Below, piece by piece: positions 28,231-30,914 of a DNA stretch of 30,914 nucleotides. Within the stretch, counting starts at the first letter, position 1. The number at the start of each line of letters is the position of its first letter. The stretch is taken from positions 1 through 30,914 of the IMG/VR virus record IMGVR_UViG_3300037847_004857, one strand, 5' to 3'. Both the position numbers and the translations under genes were made by a program. Origin of the DNA: a virus (Duplodnaviria > Caudoviricetes). The notes under the pieces were generated by a model. That model was not told the DNA's origin. It saw nothing but the letters and a program-made list of their open reading frames with translations, and did not search any database.

Positions 28231-29747
28231 TCTGCCCTCTTAAATGGTAGCCGGATCATACGCATACGATTCGCTCGTCTCGAAGAAATCATATCATCCA
28301 TCCAACTTCTCTTTGCATTTTGCACCAAATAACTCGGTATGTCAATACTACATCGGTATGCCAATGCCAAACTATCCGCCATGTCATCATGCATGCCTGG
28401 AGGAGCCTCGGGCGCCACCTTAAATATAGTCATTGATCGCAACTCCATCAAGGTTGTCATATCCATCCTTGTTATCATGTTGTTGCTAATCATCTCGCGC
28501 AATACCTCATACATCTCTATCTTGCTCTTGGCACTGGTCACCCAGTCCTTACCCTTGGGACTTTTCCATAAGTTCTTATAGCCCCAATCTACCAACTTGT
28601 GCAATACCAAATGACCATGATTGTTTGTCTCTACCAAGACCGTAGCTTCATTGTACAACTGTGCTACCTGTAACACATGCTCCGCAAAATCTACAGGCAA
28701 AATCGTGTTGCACCGAAACTGATACGCTATCTCTTTTGATGCCATAGAAATGACACTAATACAACTATAATCACCGCCCACACCACCTGCACAGTCAACT
28801 CCGATGGCGTATACATCATCATCATATACATCTTCATACTTGCGCTCGTTCCCATTGAATGTCATCGATTCAATCATATCCAAATCATTCGGATCAAAAT
28901 ACGCACTTGTACCAAAATGGAATGCATCATCAATACAGGCTGGATACTCACGCTTGAACTTATCCGACCCTAGCGTAGCTATCTGTTCTCGCCTCCATTG
29001 CAGCTGCTCGTCATCCAACCCATACGCCTTCTTCAGCTGACGTTCCTCTGGGCTAAAGACCATATTCTTCGGTGCAGGTAATCGATAATGAGTATGCTGC
29101 CACCACCAAAAACATACCAACGTCCAGCCATTGTCTGGTGCACCACTACACAACGTATGGAAACGATCTCCAATATTGTTCGGTGTCGATTCAATAATAA
29201 TCTGACCATTGCCCACCGTCGCCATTACCTGCGCCAATACCTCCTCTTGATCAGGATAAAACGCAAACTCCGATAAGTGCGCACTGTTCAAAGTGAAACT
29301 CCGTGTACCGCCACTACTCCTCGCAGTATACGACGACAACCCAGCTCCCGTGTCCGCAAAAATCAAATCCGTCGTATTGTCTATACTCGTCTCACGCTGC
29401 AATAACTCTGGCAACCCTCGCAAGAACCCATTGTCCATCTTGCGAAGATGCTTACTCGATCGCTCGTGAAAACTCAATACACCAAACTTGACCGGATCCT
29501 CCGCTGTATACGCGCGATAAAATGCATACGCTCTCAACAACGTACTTACACCTATCTGCCTGGGCTTGATTACAATAATCTTCTGATGCTCACTCAACTT
29601 ACGTAGCAACGTCTCTTGCTCAGGATACAAATCAAACTGCTTATACGCACCACTGTACTTATCCTGCACACGCAACAATCGAAAAAACTTGACCGGATCC
29701 TTAAATACAGGAGCCAACTGTTTACGCTGAGACTTACTTAATGCCAC
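28227..29747 (-). CDS. terL: Terminase large subunit
   Basis: KPRQIGVST (Walker A), AHLSEFAF (Walker B), IIESTPN (motif III), IGVDCAGG and HDDMADSLALA (RNase H-like nuclease); GTG start. Confidence 0.95.
   Translation of the reverse strand: MALSKSQRKQLAPVFKDPVKFFRLLRVQDKYSGAYKQFDLYPEQETLLRKLSEHQKIIVIKPRQIGVSTLLRAYAFYRAYTAEDPVKFGVLSFHERSSKHLRKMDNGFLRGLPELLQRETSIDNTTDLIFADTGAGLSSYTARSSGGTRSFTLNSAHLSEFAFYPDQEEVLAQVMATVGNGQIIIESTPNNIGDRFHTLCSGAPDNGWTLVCFWWWQHTHYRLPAPKNMVFSPEERQLKKAYGLDDEQLQWRREQIATLGSDKFKREYPACIDDAFHFGTSAYFDPNDLDMIESMTFNGNERKYEDVYDDDVYAIGVDCAGGVGGDYSCISVISMASKEIAYQFRCNTILPVDFAEHVLQVAQLYNEATVLVETNNHGHLVLHKLVDWGYKNLWKSPKGKDWVTSAKSKIEMYEVLREMISNNMITRMDMTTLMELRSMTIFKVAPEAPPGMHDDMADSLALAYRCSIDIPSYLVQNAKRSWMDDMISSRRANRMRMIRLPFKRAE
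29484..29701. repeat. Exact 17-nt direct repeat within terL
   Basis: AAACTTGACCGGATCCT at 29484-29500 and 29685-29701. Confidence 0.85.
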
Positions 29748-30125
29748 CTACTTTTCCACCAACTTTAGAATCGCTCCAATCTCATCACTCGTCGATATAC
29801 GATCACGCTCTTTCTGCTTCTTTACACGGAACGTATCTAGTATGTACCGAGCCGCTGTTACCCTGGCACCATCATTTACACCATGTTCCATTACCTGCTG
29901 TAATGTCGTATACGCCTGCTCAATCAACTGCTTTTCCTTTCGGTCATTATCCACAATCGGATTGTAGTTCGACGCTACCAGCTGCTGAAAACCCTCATCT
30001 TGAAACCATCGAAGAATAGTCTGTCGACTTACACCCAACTGACGAGCTATCTCCGACTTACTACACTCATTCGTTGTCCATAACAACGCTGCTGTCTTGT
30101 GCTTCTGCTTGATCTTCAGTGCCAT
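29748..30125 (-). CDS. terS: Putative terminase small subunit (HTH)
   Basis: SKSEIARQLGVSRQTILRW HTH and ARVTAARYILD helix; abuts terL; AAGGAG SD before ATG 30125. Confidence 0.75.
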   Translation of the reverse strand: MALKIKQKHKTAALLWTTNECSKSEIARQLGVSRQTILRWFQDEGFQQLVASNYNPIVDNDRKEKQLIEQAYTTLQQVMEHGVNDGARVTAARYILDTFRVKKQKERDRISTSDEIGAILKLVEK

Positions 30126-30558
30126 CTTTGCTCCTTTCATTATAATAATCTGTCAATGCCGTAATCTGGATTTGAATCTCAGGCTCTTGATAATCTGCAC
30201 AATACCATTTCTGGCCCAATACCTCAACCACTTGACTGTCATCTTCCCATACTCTAGCACAGTTTATCGCATCAAGCACTAACTTCAAATAGTTATCTAC
30301 GTCCGGTTTTGTTGTCTTTAATACAGAATCACCCTTACCCATATGCTTCGGACGTTTACAATAAAATCTACAATACACCGCAATCGCATTAGGCTTGCGA
30401 ATCAAATACTGCTTTTCCGATTCAATCTGCAATGCTAACTTTTGCATCGCTTCTTTTGTTTTCTTTGGTGTATATGTGCGACCATGCTTTGTAAATCTAG
30501 GACGACCCTTTGCAACAGGATTCATCTTTATCTTAAACACTTGGATAATATTTGACAT
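30067..30558 (-). CDS. rusA: RusA-family Holliday junction resolvase
   Basis: PVAKGRPRF, YTPKKT, KPDVDNYLKLVLDAIN, WEDDSQVV; start re-assigned to 30558 (AAGGAG SD). Confidence 0.92.
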   Translation of the reverse strand: MSNIIQVFKIKMNPVAKGRPRFTKHGRTYTPKKTKEAMQKLALQIESEKQYLIRKPNAIAVYCRFYCKRPKHMGKGDSVLKTTKPDVDNYLKLVLDAINCARVWEDDSQVVEVLGQKWYCADYQEPEIQIQITALTDYYNERSKDGTEDQAEAQDSSVVMDNE

Positions 30559-30686
30559 TTTCTCTCCTTCACACAACTTACACACTATCAAAGTTTCAAC
30601 TGTAACGCTATATATTTTTTGGGCTCCCCCGTATATAGGCATGTCAAGAGTGGGGGCCCCCCATGTATATGTAACTTTCATAAACA

Positions 30687-30723
30687 TAACAAACTTGCTA
30701 TACCGTTTAACAAACTTGCTATA
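30687..30723. repeat. 16-bp direct repeat with 21-bp period
   Basis: TAACAAACTTGCTATA at 30687-30702 and 30708-30723. Confidence 0.85.
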
Positions 30724-30754
30724 TATATGTAACATGGTCAATATATGTCCTGTT

Positions 30755-30912
30755 GTGCCTGGATGGCACTGTACATCTGTTCATTACTATGTCGCTCCCT
30801 CGCGTGGGCTCGGGTGACGCTCACCTAGTGCGCGCTACGTCCCTCTGCTCTGCAGTACGGGACTTGCATATGTAACGAGATAGCAGGGGTTCGCAATGCT
30901 CACGGCTATCTC
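30755..30912. other. Array of GC-rich hairpins (candidate origin / priming signal)
   Basis: GTGCC/GGCAC, GGTGA/TCACC, GTCCC/GGGAC, GAGATAGC/GCTATCTC inverted repeats in non-coding DNA. Confidence 0.5.
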
Positions 30913-30914
30913 TA

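Larger units (their letters stand above)
1..30914. mobile_element. Podovirus-like dsDNA bacteriophage genome, probably complete
   Basis: Packaging, head, short-tail, ejection, lysis and replication modules all present; no sheath, tube or tape measure seen; no host genes; no truncated ORF at either end. Confidence 0.9.

Noticed and set aside
30559-30741. 61-aa N-terminal extension of RusA in the ORF track
   Set aside because: It runs through repeats and the G/C tract; a strong AAGGAG RBS and the RusA domain boundary support ATG 30558
1-30914. Stop-codon reassignment, tRNA genes, introns/inteins, reverse transcriptase/DGR, integrase
   Set aside because: Genes tile densely in the standard code using all three stops; TerL, portal and MCP are normal length; no such motifs seen by eye, though no scan was run

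Overview
The window looks like a complete or near-complete ~31 kb genome of a podovirus-like tailed dsDNA phage (Caudoviricetes), in the standard genetic code. A short + strand early/replication arm (208-5351) encodes a C5 cytosine methyltransferase with a nested +1-frame partner gene, small hypothetical proteins, a ribbon-helix-helix protein, a PrimPol/VapE-type primase-helicase and a PD-(D/E)XK-like nuclease. A long - strand late arm (30558 to 5325) encodes RusA, TerS, TerL, portal, scaffold, major capsid, cement, adaptor, nozzle, three related small tail proteins, three internal/ejection proteins (one of 2111 aa), fibre-like proteins, and a lysis cassette interleaved with Lys/Arg-rich mini-proteins. 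The two arms diverge from non-coding DNA at the window ends that is rich in repeats and hairpins (candidate origin/packaging region). I saw no integrase, DNA polymerase, tRNA or CRISPR array. Most notable: AATT appears completely absent genome-wide (manual scan), the methyltransferase looks split across two overlapping frames as in M.EcoHK31I, the lysis module has cationic mini-proteins but no visible spanin, and polar ACAAGCG repeats cluster at the left end. All calls come from reading motifs by eye; no searches were run and the host cannot be determined.
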